DNA from: Nitrospiraceae bacterium
GTDB lineage: Bacteria; Nitrospirota; Nitrospiria; Nitrospirales; Nitrospiraceae
Direction of reading: 5' to 3'
Assembly: GCA_041629275.1 (NCBI GenBank)
Contig: JBFKNO010000001.1
Span: forward strand, 1 to 39,673
DNA length: 39,673 nucleotides
Part shown: positions 23,761-32,181 of the stretch, in pieces
Position numbering within the stretch: position 1 is the first letter of the stretch
Layout of the letters: each line of letters starts with the position of its first letter
Translations under genes and position numbers: made by a program
The notes under the pieces: model-generated
The model's input: the letters and a program-made list of their open reading frames with translations, nothing else
What the model was told of the DNA's origin: nothing
Database searches by the model: none

Positions 23761-25146
23761 TCAGGTCGCGGCCTTGAAGAGCCGCTCGACCTCTCCGAGG
23801 TGGCGTTTGTCGACGAGGAAGAGAATGATGTGATCTCCCTCCTGCACGATCGAGTCGTGGTGCGCCATGATGACCTCGTCACCACGCACGATCGCGCCGA
23901 TGGTCGTCCCCGGGGGCAGCTTGATGCGTGAGATCGTCCGCCCGACCAGCGAGGAGGTGCGGGGGCTGCCCGTGGCGATGCCCTCGATCGCCTCCGCCGC
24001 TCCGCGTCGCAGCGAGTGCACCGACGCCACCCGCCCGCCCCGCACGTGTGTGAGCAGCGTGCCGATCGTGGCCTGCTGGGGGGAGATGGCGATGTCGATC
24101 GTGCTCGCACCGTGCACCAGATCGACGTAGGCCGTGCGGTTGATCAGGGCCATCACTTTTCTCGCCCCCAAACGCTTGGCCATGAGGGCGGAGAGAATGT
24201 TGTCCTCGTCGTCATTCGTGAGCGCGCAGAAGGCGTCGATGGCCTCGATCCCCTCCCTCCGGAGCAGCTCCTCGTCCGTCGCGTCTCCGAGCAGGACGAT
24301 GCAGGTCCGGAGATCCTCCGACAGCATGCGAGCCCGATCCGGATTCAGCTCGATCAGCTTCACGTTGTAGTCGGCGTCCTCGAGGGCCAGCGCGAGCCGG
24401 TGGCCGATGTAGCCGCCGCCGGCGAGCAGGATCCGCTCCATGGGGCGCTCGAGCTTGCGCAGCTCGCTCAGCACGGCCTGGATGTTGGTCGGTGTCGCGA
24501 CGAAGAACACCTCGTCCCCGGCATGGATCACCGTGTCGCCTTCCGGAAGGATGGCGCGGTCGTGCCGATAGATCGCCGCCACCCGCGCCTCGATGCCAGG
24601 CAAGTGCTCGGCGAGGTCGCGCAACTGGTGACCGACCAGCGGCCCGCCGTGATACGCTTTGACCGCGACGAGCTCCACCCTGCCCTGGGCGAAGTCCAAA
24701 ACCTGGAACGCCGTCGGATACTCGATGAGGCGCTTGATGTAGCTCGCGACGATCTGGTCCGGGCTGATGATCACGTCGATCGGAATGCCCTTCTCGGAAA
24801 ACAGCTCGGCCGTGGCGAGGTACTCGGCGGCGCGAATGCGGGCGATCTTCGTCGGGGTGTGAAAGAGCAGCCAAGTGATCTGGCAGGCGGTGATGTTGAC
24901 CTCGTCGCTGTCGGTGACGGCCAGAATGATGTCGGCCTGCGGCGCGTTGGCCTGCCGCAGCGTCTTGGGGAAGGCCCCGTTGCCGAGGACGGTGCGGATG
25001 TCGAGCCGGTTCTGAAGCTCCTGCAAAGGGCCCGGATGCGTGTCCACGACCGTGACGTCGTTGCCCTCTCGGACGAGCGCCTCGGCGACCGAGGTGCCGA
25101 CCCGCCCGGCGCCCAGGATGATGATTTGCTTGCTCGATTGCGGCAT
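23761..25146 (-). CDS. trkA: Trk system NAD-binding component TrkA
   Basis: It has two RCK_N Rossmann motifs (IIILGAGRVG and ILLAGGGYIGHRLA) plus RCK_C segments. Size is 461 aa. Confidence 0.9.
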   Translation of the reverse strand: MPQSSKQIIILGAGRVGTSVAEALVREGNDVTVVDTHPGPLQELQNRLDIRTVLGNGAFPKTLRQANAPQADIILAVTDSDEVNITACQITWLLFHTPTKIARIRAAEYLATAELFSEKGIPIDVIISPDQIVASYIKRLIEYPTAFQVLDFAQGRVELVAVKAYHGGPLVGHQLRDLAEHLPGIEARVAAIYRHDRAILPEGDTVIHAGDEVFFVATPTNIQAVLSELRKLERPMERILLAGGGYIGHRLALALEDADYNVKLIELNPDRARMLSEDLRTCIVLLGDATDEELLRREGIEAIDAFCALTNDDEDNILSALMAKRLGARKVMALINRTAYVDLVHGASTIDIAISPQQATIGTLLTHVRGGRVASVHSLRRGAAEAIEGIATGSPRTSSLVGRTISRIKLPPGTTIGAIVRGDEVIMAHHDSIVQEGDHIILFLVDKRHLGEVERLFKAAT

Positions 25147-25316
25147 GGACGGCCTTCAGGTCCGGCCGCGCCCGCCGGCCGGTTGCCCGTGGCAATGGAC
25201 CGCTGGATGAGAGAGCGAGGACGGACTCATTGATCTGTCCCGGCGCGGCCGCGTCCGGGACATGGCAGTGTATCACTACTCATGGAGTGGCACAAAGGCA
25301 ATCAGTCGACCCGGCC

Positions 25317-26315
25317 TCACACCCTCGCGAACCAGAACGGAAACTTCAGCTTGGCCGTGAGCCGAGCGAGACGAGCGGATAGGGGAAGCCGGCGGGGTTT
25401 GTTGGCGCGGGGGACGGCTCGTCGGTCATGAGGGCGACGTTCCGCCCGCTCCTCAACGGACGTGAGCGGCTCGGTACTCGCCGAGGGATACCCCTCGTCG
25501 TGGTCGACATCTGCTTCCTGGGTTGGGACGCCCTGGGGCGCGCTGTCGTCGGATTCGAGCTGCGTCGGCGGGTGCGCCATCACCTCGTGTTGCGAATGGC
25601 GCCGTGAGGAGGATTCGGTGGAGCGTGAGTGTGCCGTGTGAGATTCACGGAGCAGGGTTTGAATGAACTGGGTGCAGGCTTTGAATTCCGTGAACTCGAG
25701 CATCGGCGGCGCCGGCAACGGCTCCCCCTGCTCGAAGGCCTGCCGCGCATCCAGGATCCAGCCGACGAAGGCCGAGAGGTCCTGGGGTGGGATCGCCACG
25801 GGATTGCCCAGGCAGCTGTTCCCCACGGGAGGATCCGGATTGGGCGGCACAAAACCTCCCTCAAACGCCGAGGCGGCCCAGAGCGGACTTACCATGACCG
25901 ATGGCGATCGCTTGGGGGGAGCGGGCTCGAGCCTGTGTCGGCCACGCCTCGCGCGGGCGAGCTGCATGTAACTGTCATCCAGGAACCGGCGCAGCCGCTT
26001 CTGCGTGTCGACGGACATTTCGACGATCTTCAACCCGAAATGGCTGCCTTGCACCCACTGGACCAGCGCTAATTGGACCTCCAAGGGTTCGTCCATCTCC
26101 GGCAGGTCGATACGGCAGGAAAGCATCGAAGCCGGATGCGGGGAACGATCCGACTCCACCAGACAGCCATGCATGGAGATGTCCTTGACGGTGCCCCCTT
26201 GGGTGGCGAAGCCGACCGAATACACGATGTTGCCCTCGATCGGGATACGTATCTCCTTGCGGGGCATCTGGGCCATAGTCGTCTCGCAGCAAAACCGTCG
26301 CGTTGCTTCAACCAT
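25317..26315 (-). CDS. PilZ domain protein with long low-complexity C-terminal region
   Basis: PRKEIRIPIEG (RxxxR) and VKDISMHGCLV (DxSxxG) are present. Alternative starts are at 26276 and 26267 (MAQMPRKE). The remaining ~215 aa have no recognisable domain. Confidence 0.7.
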   Translation of the reverse strand: MVEATRRFCCETTMAQMPRKEIRIPIEGNIVYSVGFATQGGTVKDISMHGCLVESDRSPHPASMLSCRIDLPEMDEPLEVQLALVQWVQGSHFGLKIVEMSVDTQKRLRRFLDDSYMQLARARRGRHRLEPAPPKRSPSVMVSPLWAASAFEGGFVPPNPDPPVGNSCLGNPVAIPPQDLSAFVGWILDARQAFEQGEPLPAPPMLEFTEFKACTQFIQTLLRESHTAHSRSTESSSRRHSQHEVMAHPPTQLESDDSAPQGVPTQEADVDHDEGYPSASTEPLTSVEERAERRPHDRRAVPRANKPRRLPLSARLARLTAKLKFPFWFARV

Positions 26316-26619
26316 ACCGTGATGCGGCCAACGCGCAGCCCTTCGGATGGGGGGGCCTGACAGCGGGAGGAGGGGTCGGGGTCGACCGGAGCGGGAAGCC
26401 CGCGAAAAACCTTCTCGACCGGCTGACCGGTTGTAGGGTACCCTAAACCCCTGCTGGAGCGGGGGTTGGTCACCCGGATGGTGATGTCAGGGACTGAGTT
26501 TTTACTTTTGCATCACTCGCCGGTGTCCTATCCTACGGCAGCTCATGCTCCGGGCGGCGAGGCCCGTATCCATGACCGCGTGCCTGAGCCCACGCCAATC
26601 TCTTCATGGTAGCTGACAC

Positions 26620-27210
26620 ATGAGTCGACACACAACCTGGGGCATCGTCCTCATCCTTGTCGGGATCATGACCGCCGCGGGGTACTGGGCGCTGCTCTTC
26701 CCGACGCCGCCATCCGCGACGCAGGTCGACATCTCGGCGAGCCGTGCCGCGGACTTCGTCCACGCCGTCGTTGACGCGAACCGAACCGTCTACCAGGCGA
26801 ATGTGGTGGATCATCTCGAAGTGAAGGGCGTCGTCCGTGCCACACGCGAGTGGCAGGGCAGCGGCGGCCTGCCCCTCCCCGACCAGTTCGTGCTCGCGAC
26901 CGGCCGCGTCGCCGAAGCGAACGGAATCCGCTATCGCCTGGCCAGCCTCCAGCCGCTCAACGAGAGTAACGCGCCGCAGACCGAGTTCGAACGGCGTGGG
27001 CTGGATGCCGTTCGGCGCAATCCGAGCACGCCCTACACGGGCGTGGTCACCCTGGAGGGAAGGCCCCACTTTCAGGCGATCTATGCGGAGGTCGCGACCG
27101 CGCAGCGCTGCGTCGGCTGCCACACCGACCTGGCCGGTAAGTCAGCCATGCCCTACAAGGTGGGTGACGTGCTGGGCGGCCTCATCATCACCTTTCCCCT
27201 TGCCGACTAG
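26620..27210 (+). CDS. membrane-anchored DUF3365 (Tll0287-like) c-type heme domain protein
   Basis: It has an N-terminal TM (WGIVLILVGIMTAAGYWALLF). The CVGCH (CxxCH) heme-c motif is near the C-terminus. The LPLPDQF and GLIITFPL context is as I recall for DUF3365. Confidence 0.7.
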   Translation: MSRHTTWGIVLILVGIMTAAGYWALLFPTPPSATQVDISASRAADFVHAVVDANRTVYQANVVDHLEVKGVVRATREWQGSGGLPLPDQFVLATGRVAEANGIRYRLASLQPLNESNAPQTEFERRGLDAVRRNPSTPYTGVVTLEGRPHFQAIYAEVATAQRCVGCHTDLAGKSAMPYKVGDVLGGLIITFPLAD

Positions 27211-27323
27211 CCTGCTCCCCCTCTGCTGGGAAAAGACCGTGAGGCCGCTCCAGCCTGGGTCGATCAAGGAGAGATCACGGCGCGATGCAAGGCGCTTGGC
27301 TCGCGACCCGTGAATCATTCTGG

Positions 27324-27872
27324 CTACAGGTAGTCTGACACCTGGCCAAAGAAGTCCCCATCCTCCAGGCGAATGATGTCATCGTGACTTGGCTTGCCCT
27401 GGAGCGGTGGGACGCTCTTTCCGTCCGGACCCGTGCTGAAGAGATCATAATCAGAATTGGCTGGATTGAGTTGCTTGTACTTGCGCACCTGCCCCGGAGG
27501 AAGACTGCCGCCCGATTTTGGGCCCGAGCCCTTCCCCTTGCCAGAATTGCCAGAACCGCTGGGAGCGGTGATCCAGTATTGATAGGGGTTTCCCCAAGGG
27601 TCACGAACATTGGCGGGCACACCCGCCAGCGTCATCGTCGCAGGCAACGTCCCCGTATCCATCTCGTAGAGATCAATCGCTTTGGCAAAATAGCGGAGCT
27701 CCACGATCGTCCGCTTGATCTTGGCCTTCTCGAGATAGCCTGTGTACAGCGGAATCGCGAGGCCGGCGAGGATTGAGACAAGGGCGACCGCCGTCACCAC
27801 CTCCAGGAGCGTATAGCCAGACGAGTCCACATGTCGCAGCCGTTCCCGGTATGAGCTGAGGTCCGGTCCCAC
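27324..27872 (-). CDS. GspG-like pseudopilin (prepilin-type N-terminal cleavage/methylation domain)
   Basis: It has a GTG start with GGGAGGGTG 7 nt upstream. The leader ends ...SSG, followed by YTLLEVVTAVALVSILAGLAIP with E at +5. It has the DPWGNPYQY and YDLFSTGPDG GspG signatures and a Gly/Ser/Lys-rich insert. Confidence 0.75.
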   Translation of the reverse strand: MGPDLSSYRERLRHVDSSGYTLLEVVTAVALVSILAGLAIPLYTGYLEKAKIKRTIVELRYFAKAIDLYEMDTGTLPATMTLAGVPANVRDPWGNPYQYWITAPSGSGNSGKGKGSGPKSGGSLPPGQVRKYKQLNPANSDYDLFSTGPDGKSVPPLQGKPSHDDIIRLEDGDFFGQVSDYL

Positions 27873-27904
27873 GTGTCAACACCCTCCCTGGTCCTGCTTA
27901 CACG

Positions 27905-28486
27905 TCAGGAAGCCGTCTTGAAAAAACGGAGTTGCGAGCCCAGCCGATCCATTTCCGCCTCCAAGCGCTGTATCCGTTCTGTGGAGCCCCGACCGCCCCC
28001 CTCAGCCCGTTTCAACTCACTCACCTCACCCAGCACCACTCGATACTGCGTTTCAATGTCCATGATCTTGAGACGAAGCGATTCGATCATTTCGTTAATG
28101 CAGTCGGCCTCTTCATGCAAATAGTCATGCTTGCGGATCGTGGCCTGGACGCTCAGGTTTCCCTCTCCAATCGTTTTCAACACGCTACGAAGCCTGTAGA
28201 GGGGCCCGGCAATTCTGTGGGTGAAAATGACGGTTCCGACGCACAGAATTACAAAGAGGAGAACGAGCGGGGGCCAAATGAGCTGTTGAAACATTAGGTA
28301 CTGAGTCGCGACTTCTTCCGGGCTGTAGAAATATGGGAAGAGGTCGGACTCCAGCCCAATGATTAGAGGACCAAAAAGCGCTCCTCCAAAGATGAGAAAG
28401 AGGAGGAGAAAAAAGTTAAAGTTGGTCAGGGAGAAGCGATTGGGAACTTTACCTGCGATGAGCCGTCTTCGGTATGGTCGCGTCAT
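27905..28486 (-). CDS. membrane protein with two TM helices, a HAMP domain and a coiled-coil tail; no output domain
   Basis: The HAMP-like segment is THRIAGPLYRLRSVLKTIGEGNLSVQATIRKHDYLHEEADCINEMIESL. The start is placed at MTRPY (28486), and the longest ORF uses TTG at 28528. It lies 32 nt upstream of the pseudopilin gene. Confidence 0.7.
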   Translation of the reverse strand: MTRPYRRRLIAGKVPNRFSLTNFNFFLLLFLIFGGALFGPLIIGLESDLFPYFYSPEEVATQYLMFQQLIWPPLVLLFVILCVGTVIFTHRIAGPLYRLRSVLKTIGEGNLSVQATIRKHDYLHEEADCINEMIESLRLKIMDIETQYRVVLGEVSELKRAEGGGRGSTERIQRLEAEMDRLGSQLRFFKTAS

Positions 28487-28560
28487 AGCCGAGCCCTTTC
28501 CTCGTTTAGCGTGGCTGAGCCAGCTCAAGGGAGCAGAAGCGAGCCGTCAGAGGCCCTTCC

Positions 28561-28601
28561 CAAATACAAACGCCCATCCCTCGACCCTCGAAGGATGGGC
28601 G
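28561..28601 (-). terminator. strong Rho-independent terminator (minus strand)
   Basis: On the minus strand it reads CGCCCATCCTTCGA-GGG-TCGAGGGATGGGCG, a 14-bp stem with 1 mismatch, followed by TTTGTATTTG. It lies 75 nt upstream of the HAMP start, with no called gene ending nearby. Confidence 0.65.
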
Positions 28602-28913
28602 CACTCCTGCCATGCATCTGATGTGCAGCGTGGCAACCAGGCTTACCCGGGAAGACTCCTCCCCAATAGGTCCCTTGGCTTTGCGTCCCACCCTCTCGAG
28701 TGGTTTGCCTTTTTCACTCTGGTCGCAGCCTGGAACGCAAGCTTGGTGCCTGCCTACCGGCTGGCTAAGACCCTGAATTCCTTGATCTCCAAGTCGATGA
28801 CGCTCATTGGAGAGCATGGGTTGCAACAATTTTCGTCACCCCTGCATCACGCGGAGCGCCATTCTGTCCAGACTTCACGTCGTGGCGGGAGAGCCGTTCT
28901 CAGAAGGCGCCCC
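28602..28913 (-). other. ORF-poor, hairpin-rich segment; candidate ncRNA, long 3' UTR or 5' leader
   Basis: It is bounded 3' by the terminator at 28561-28601. A 13-bp stem with one bulge pairs 28901-28913 with 28853-28866. Further local stems are TGACG/CGTCA and CCAGGCT/AGCCTGG. No credible CDS is present. Confidence 0.25.
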
Positions 28914-29039
28914 TCATTCGATCTGCGCGATATCATCAAAGCCAAAGGGCCGAGGCTCCTTGCGCTGGACGGAATTGAGCCACAGTTGGCCGGACCGCAG
29001 GTCATACATCACGCACAGCGCGTCGAGCCGCCCTGTCAC
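28914..29039 (-). CDS. possible 41-aa ORF (VTGRLDALCVMYDLRSGQLWLNSVQRKEPRPFGFDDIAQIE)
   Basis: It has a GTG start with GAGG about 10 nt upstream and protein-like sequence. It is only the 3' end of a longer ORF-track entry that runs antisense to yacG. This call is speculative. Confidence 0.2.
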   Translation of the reverse strand: MTGRLDALCVMYDLRSGQLWLNSVQRKEPRPFGFDDIAQIE

Positions 29040-29075
29040 GTTCGGCAGGCCTCGATCCTTGTCCCCCCCGGTGGT

Positions 29076-29288
29076 ATGATTCGCCGCATGACCTGCCCGA
29101 TGTGCGGGAAGCGTACGACGTGGAAAGAGAACGCGTGGCGCCCGTTCTGCTCCGAGCGGTGCCAGGTCCTCGATCTGGGACTTTGGGCTGGCGAGCGCTA
29201 CCGGGTCCCCGGCACGACCCTCATGGTGACACCCGTCGAGCAGGACCAGGACGAGGAGGCACCCGATCACCCTCCCCCAAATTTCTGA
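29076..29288 (+). CDS. yacG: DNA gyrase inhibitor YacG (zinc-binding)
   Basis: It has CPMCGKRTTWKENAWRPFCSERCQVLDLGLWAGERYRVP, the YacG signature. It is the last 70 codons of the 28359..29288 ORF, with an alternative start at 29088. Confidence 0.8.
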   Translation: MIRRMTCPMCGKRTTWKENAWRPFCSERCQVLDLGLWAGERYRVPGTTLMVTPVEQDQDEEAPDHPPPNF

Positions 29289-29335
29289 CGCGACTCACCG
29301 ACTACGTGGCACCACGGGCACATTCCCCCTTCCCC

Positions 29336-29421
29336 AAAAGCGTCCGCCCACGCTTCCGCCTTCGCCGAGGTGACGGTGGACGAGTCGGGGAGCGGCCTGG
29401 CCGTCGCGAAGGCGGGCGGAC
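29336..29421 (-). terminator. metF terminator candidate (long bulged hairpin plus U-tract on minus strand)
   Basis: GTCCGCCC (29342-29349) and GCCTTCGC (29358-29365) pair with GCGAAGGC (29406-29413) and GGGCGGAC (29414-29421). On the minus strand this is followed by GCTTTTGGGG. Confidence 0.45.
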
Positions 29422-29459
29422 ACGTACGACTGTCGGCCGTGCTCAACCCGTGCTGACGT

Positions 29460-30362
29460 TCATTCTGATGCGCGTTGAGAGGAGACCGTCATGCCGAGGT
29501 TCGTATAAATCTGGCGGGTCGCCTTGGATTTGTTGAGGGTGTAGAAGTGGAGCCCCGGGACCCCGTTCGCGAGGAGCTCCGCGCACTGCTCGGTCGCGTA
29601 CTCGATTCCGAACGCCTCCACGGAAGCCTGGTCGTCGCCGAAGCGCTCGATGGCCGCCTTCATCTCGTAGGGGATGCTCGCGCCGCACATCGCGGCGAAC
29701 TTCTGAATCTGCGGACCGTGCGTCACGGGCATGATGCCGGGGACGATGGGCACCTCGATGCCGACCGCGCGGGCACGGTTCACAAAATCGAAGTAATCGC
29801 GATTGTTGAAGAACAGCTGGGTGATGACCGCGTCCGCGCCCTGATCGACTTTGCATTTCAAGTTTTCCAGGTCCCGGCGCTTGTCCCGACATTCGACATG
29901 GCCTTCCGGATATCCTGCGACGGCGATGGAGAAGGCCTTCCCGAGGCGGGGATGACGGCGGATCAGCGCCACCAGCTCCCACGCGCCCTGAAGCCCGTCC
30001 GGCGTCGCCGTGAACGACGTTTCGCCTTTCGGAGGATCACCGCGCAGCGCCACGATGTTTTCGATGCCTTTCTCGTGCAGCTCCTCGAGGATCTGTTCGA
30101 TGTGGGCGCGCGTGTGCGCGACGCAGGTCAGGTGGGCAGCCGCCTCGAGCCCGATCTGCGTCTTGATGTGCTCCACGATCCGAATCGTGTTCGCACGCGT
30201 CGTGCCCATGGCCCCATAGGTGACCGAGACGAAGGCCGGGGCCAGCCGCTTGAGCTGGGTGATCGTCTCGAACAGCTTCTTCTCGCCCTCGTCGGTCTTG
30301 GGCGGAAAGAACTCGAAGGAAAAGGTGTGCGCCTGGGTGCGATAGGAGTCGGTCATTCGCAT
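29460..30362 (-). CDS. metF: 5,10-methylenetetrahydrofolate reductase
   Basis: Motifs are FSFEFFPPKT, VSVTYGA, HLTC, LRGDPP and GYPEGH. The start is placed at MRMTDSY inside the 29460..30536 ORF. Confidence 0.9.
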   Translation of the reverse strand: MRMTDSYRTQAHTFSFEFFPPKTDEGEKKLFETITQLKRLAPAFVSVTYGAMGTTRANTIRIVEHIKTQIGLEAAAHLTCVAHTRAHIEQILEELHEKGIENIVALRGDPPKGETSFTATPDGLQGAWELVALIRRHPRLGKAFSIAVAGYPEGHVECRDKRRDLENLKCKVDQGADAVITQLFFNNRDYFDFVNRARAVGIEVPIVPGIMPVTHGPQIQKFAAMCGASIPYEMKAAIERFGDDQASVEAFGIEYATEQCAELLANGVPGLHFYTLNKSKATRQIYTNLGMTVSSQRASE

Positions 30363-30498
30363 CGTGGCGCTACTATAACGAACCCGGTCCCGAAGTAAAA
30401 CCCTTTCTCTCACATGGGCATCGGATCCCCTCGCCCGTCTTCTCCCCTTGGCCGTCCTCTCCCCTCGGCCGGGAGACCCGAGCGGGAACAGGCAGCCC

Positions 30499-31377
30499 TC
30501 ACTTCCCCGGAGATTCCTTCTCCTTCTTGAACACATTCACGAGGGCGTTCTTCACGGACTTGAACGCATTCCCCAGGCGGTCAGTCGCTTTCTTCAGCCC
30601 CTGCGCCGCGCGTGCGTCACCGCCGTGCCGGAGGGCTCGCCTGGGCTCTCCCTTCTCCAGCCGCCGGGCGTTTTTCTGCAGGATCTCGCCGGATTTCGAG
30701 ACGACCCTCTGCACGGACCTCACGGTGCTGGCCAGGATCCGGCTCGCTGCCCCGTCCGTCGTGACCCCACGCGAGTCCTTCCCGATGTCACGAAGGTGGA
30801 TCTCGTCCATGTCGAAGGTCAGGAAGCGACCCCTGAAGATCGAGGCGCTCACGTTCAGCTTGGGGTCCTTGACGATGAAATGGTTGATTTGGACGTATTG
30901 CACGTCGTCCTCGGTTTCCCCGCGATTCGTCCCCTCGCGTCGCGTTCGGTGCTTCCTGCTGAAGGCTTGGGCGTGGCTCTTGATCTTGTCGAGATTGTTG
31001 CCGGACAAATTGATCTCGTAGGTAATCTCGGGGCTCTCCAGGACCACTCGATCAATGACGATCTTCCCCTGCAACACGGAGGTGGGATCGAACACGACCC
31101 GCGCGTTCGGCACATACACGGCCCTGGCGGTGTGGTAGCCCTTGGGGTTGCCGACGACCAGACCTTGGAGCCGGCCCCGCCCCAGCACGAGGGAGAGATT
31201 CACCCGCTCGACCGACACAGGGGTCCCGGTGATCTCCGGGCCGATCCGCTCCAGCCCCCTCTTGACGACGGCGTCGAGGTAGAACCCGCCGACCACCCAC
31301 CCGACAAAGATCAGGAAGGAGAGCAGCACGACAAGCCGGGCGAGAATCCCAATCATCCGACCTTCCCCCAGCGACAC
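30499..31377 (-). CDS. membrane-anchored AsmA/DUF748-like protein
   Basis: An N-terminal TM (ILARLVVLLSFLIFVGWVVGGF) is followed by beta-rich repeats (VSVERVNLSLVLGRGRLQGLVVGNPKGY, VIDRVVLESPEITYE). An alternative start is at 31356. Confidence 0.55.
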   Translation of the reverse strand: MSLGEGRMIGILARLVVLLSFLIFVGWVVGGFYLDAVVKRGLERIGPEITGTPVSVERVNLSLVLGRGRLQGLVVGNPKGYHTARAVYVPNARVVFDPTSVLQGKIVIDRVVLESPEITYEINLSGNNLDKIKSHAQAFSRKHRTRREGTNRGETEDDVQYVQINHFIVKDPKLNVSASIFRGRFLTFDMDEIHLRDIGKDSRGVTTDGAASRILASTVRSVQRVVSKSGEILQKNARRLEKGEPRRALRHGGDARAAQGLKKATDRLGNAFKSVKNALVNVFKKEKESPGK

Positions 31378-31822
31378 CCACCATCCAAAGGCACGCTGTC
31401 CTCAAGTCTACCCGACCATGCCGAGACATCTTCCCTATGTTTTACAATGGCTTCCCCGTGCCGATCGTGCCCCCTCGAGCTGATGCCCTATTCCTGCGCG
31501 ATTCGCGCGAGCCGTTTGACACTGCCCTGGCGGCATGGTACGCTTCAACGCCGTACGAGCCACGGTGATTCCTGCCTTTGGCCCTTCCGTTCCGGTGTAT
31601 TGACAGTCCTCGCGACGTTTCGCAGACCCCCCGCTCTTACGGCCCGACCCGCCGGGCATGGCATGCCGGACCCGGGGGAGGCCCGATCTGTTTGCCGGCA
31701 CTCCTGTCGAGATTGCGCGGGCAGGCCCCGCGAGGCGCGCTCCAGATGTGGAGCCAGACGCAGCCCGGACCGTAGAGCTCACGCCCGCATGCTCTGGGAC
31801 CGAGCTATGGAAAGGAACCGGC

Positions 31823-32113
31823 ATGGCCAAGCTGAACGTGGATCCCCTGACCTCGTTTCCAGATGGCTCCCAGTTGCTGATCAGCACGCAGTGCTCGAAG
31901 GAGGGCAGCTTTACCTGCGGCCTCTACGTGGCCAGCACGGACGAGGACGAGCGCCTCAATTTGCGAATGGTCACGGACCACCTGGCGGCCTCGACCTGTC
32001 TCGAGGCGCAGCAAATCGCCTACGGGTACGCGCAGCGTCTCTATCCGGGCACCGCCGTCGGGATGAAGAAGCCGCCGTATCTGGTCTGGCAGGGACCGGC
32101 TCGCTCCACATGA
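31823..32113 (+). CDS. hypothetical protein (96 aa)
   Basis: The start is placed at MAKLNV, preceded by GGAAAGGAA. I recognised no family. Confidence 0.5.
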   Translation: MAKLNVDPLTSFPDGSQLLISTQCSKEGSFTCGLYVASTDEDERLNLRMVTDHLAASTCLEAQQIAYGYAQRLYPGTAVGMKKPPYLVWQGPARST

Positions 32114-32181
32114 CGCAGTGACATGATCCTGTTGGTCATGAGCACTCATTTCGCAGGACTATCACGAGACGGGAGAATTTC

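Noticed and set aside
28602-28913. Possible identity with a known RNA (6S, RNase P, tmRNA, SRP)
   Set aside because: I noticed short resemblances on the minus strand. GGCGCTCCGCG is like a stretch I recall from E. coli 6S RNA. CCCGGGTAAGCCTGG, AGCCAAGGGACCTATTGGGG and CGAGGAAAGGGCTCGG are reminiscent of RNase P motifs. However, they are in the wrong order and spacing, there is no tRNA-like CCA end, and no SRP GGAA tetraloop helix. I therefore treat it only as an unclassified structured region.
28359-29075. The upstream 239 codons of the 309-aa plus-strand ORF that ends as yacG
   Set aside because: Only the last 70 codons match YacG. The upstream part overlaps the HAMP gene antisense, crosses the minus-strand terminator and has non-protein-like composition.
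27300-29075. The low-GC islet as a mobile element or genomic island
   Set aside because: I saw no integrase, transposase, flanking direct repeats or tRNA target. The compositional shift alone does not justify a mobile_element call.
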